From assembly GCA_973895155.1 (NCBI GenBank), contig OZ316897.1, positions 10,873,832 to 10,937,831 on the forward strand: a stretch of DNA of 64,000 nt. Reading direction: 5' to 3'. Of the stretch, positions 63,184-64,000 are shown piece by piece; position 1 is the stretch's first letter, and every line of letters starts with the position of its first letter. The position numbers were made by a program, and so were the translations under genes. The stretch is from Marsupella aquatica. Its lineage: Eukaryota > Plantae > Marchantiophyta. Below the pieces are notes generated by a model, which searched no databases, was not told the origin of the DNA, and saw nothing but the letters and a program-made list of their open reading frames with translations.

Positions 63184-64000
63184 GAGCACTAGAGCAGGAT
63201 GTTGCTGGCCTTCTGTCCATCCAGATGTTAGGAGGCCAGCTCGGCGAACACTTTCCTGTGAAGCCATTGCAGAATGGCAGTGATGGGAATTTTCTATCAG
63301 AGTGATTCTTGCCAGACAATCGCAAACAGATCACAAACAGGAGTTTGCAGCTACTACACGGATGGAATGATGCGCTTACCCATGATGCCATCTGGCGACT
63401 TCGATAATTCTATACCAAATTCATAGTAGTTAAATGTAGCTACAATGGATGTGCTTACACCAATTGTCCTGCCTCGGCTGGCTGGTCCCGATGTTTTGGA
63501 AGGGAGCTCTGAACTGGACCCTCATATGAAAAGTGGACCCTCATATGAAAAGTAATCCTACTTAATTTTTGCCATGGATTTGTGCATAGTGATCAACAGC
63601 AAGTTTTGTAAGGAATCTGCACTTACTGACAAATACTTTTCTCGATCGTTTGATGATTTCTTTGAATGGACAACATGGCCCTCGCCTTGAGCTGCACACA
63701 TTCAAGCTACACATCCTGCAGTGGCTACGTGCTTGTGCTTGTACATCCATGGGGGCCCCTAATCCATAAACTACCTTGAAGAAAGAGCCTACTACTGCGA
63801 CACGGCAGGTACTCAACAAAATTGCGTTTGAGTTCATTAAGGCCCACAGAATCAGGGGAAAACTGAATTCCAGATCACTGAGACTCAATGAGAGAATAAA
63901 TTTTACAGTATTCCACGCAATGGAAGATGGGAAGAGAACGACAGGTTGGAAAGAACTATACAGAACGCACATACCTGAGTCTCTTAGTGAGTATCATGAA

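Noticed and set aside
62118-63391. Long alternative-frame and antisense ORFs over the SDR
   Set aside because: Expected by-product of GC-rich codon usage.

Overview
Repeat-rich nuclear DNA of a land plant, most likely a non-seed plant such as a liverwort or other bryophyte (inferred from gene style, not proven). The left half (2-30 kb) is a decaying, triplicated LRR receptor-like-protein locus. It contains a pogo-like element and a complete 9,977-bp CACTA transposon (16020-25996; TIRs and AAG target-site duplication visible). Besides a Tnp2/TnpD transposase and a divergent second ORF, the CACTA element carries a minimal SET-domain (lysine-methyltransferase-like) exon inside the first intron of the transposase gene. 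A degenerate telomere-like array separates its two transcription units. The middle holds MITEs, a deleted Copia element, an intact IRE1 gene, a Kelch remnant and an intronless cytosolic G6PD. The right end has two GC-rich genes that look ascomycete-derived: a secreted alpha/beta hydrolase whose single intron is flanked by an AGGTAC direct repeat, and an SDR pseudogene with an inferred 5-bp deletion. All family assignments come from motif recognition only; no searches were run.
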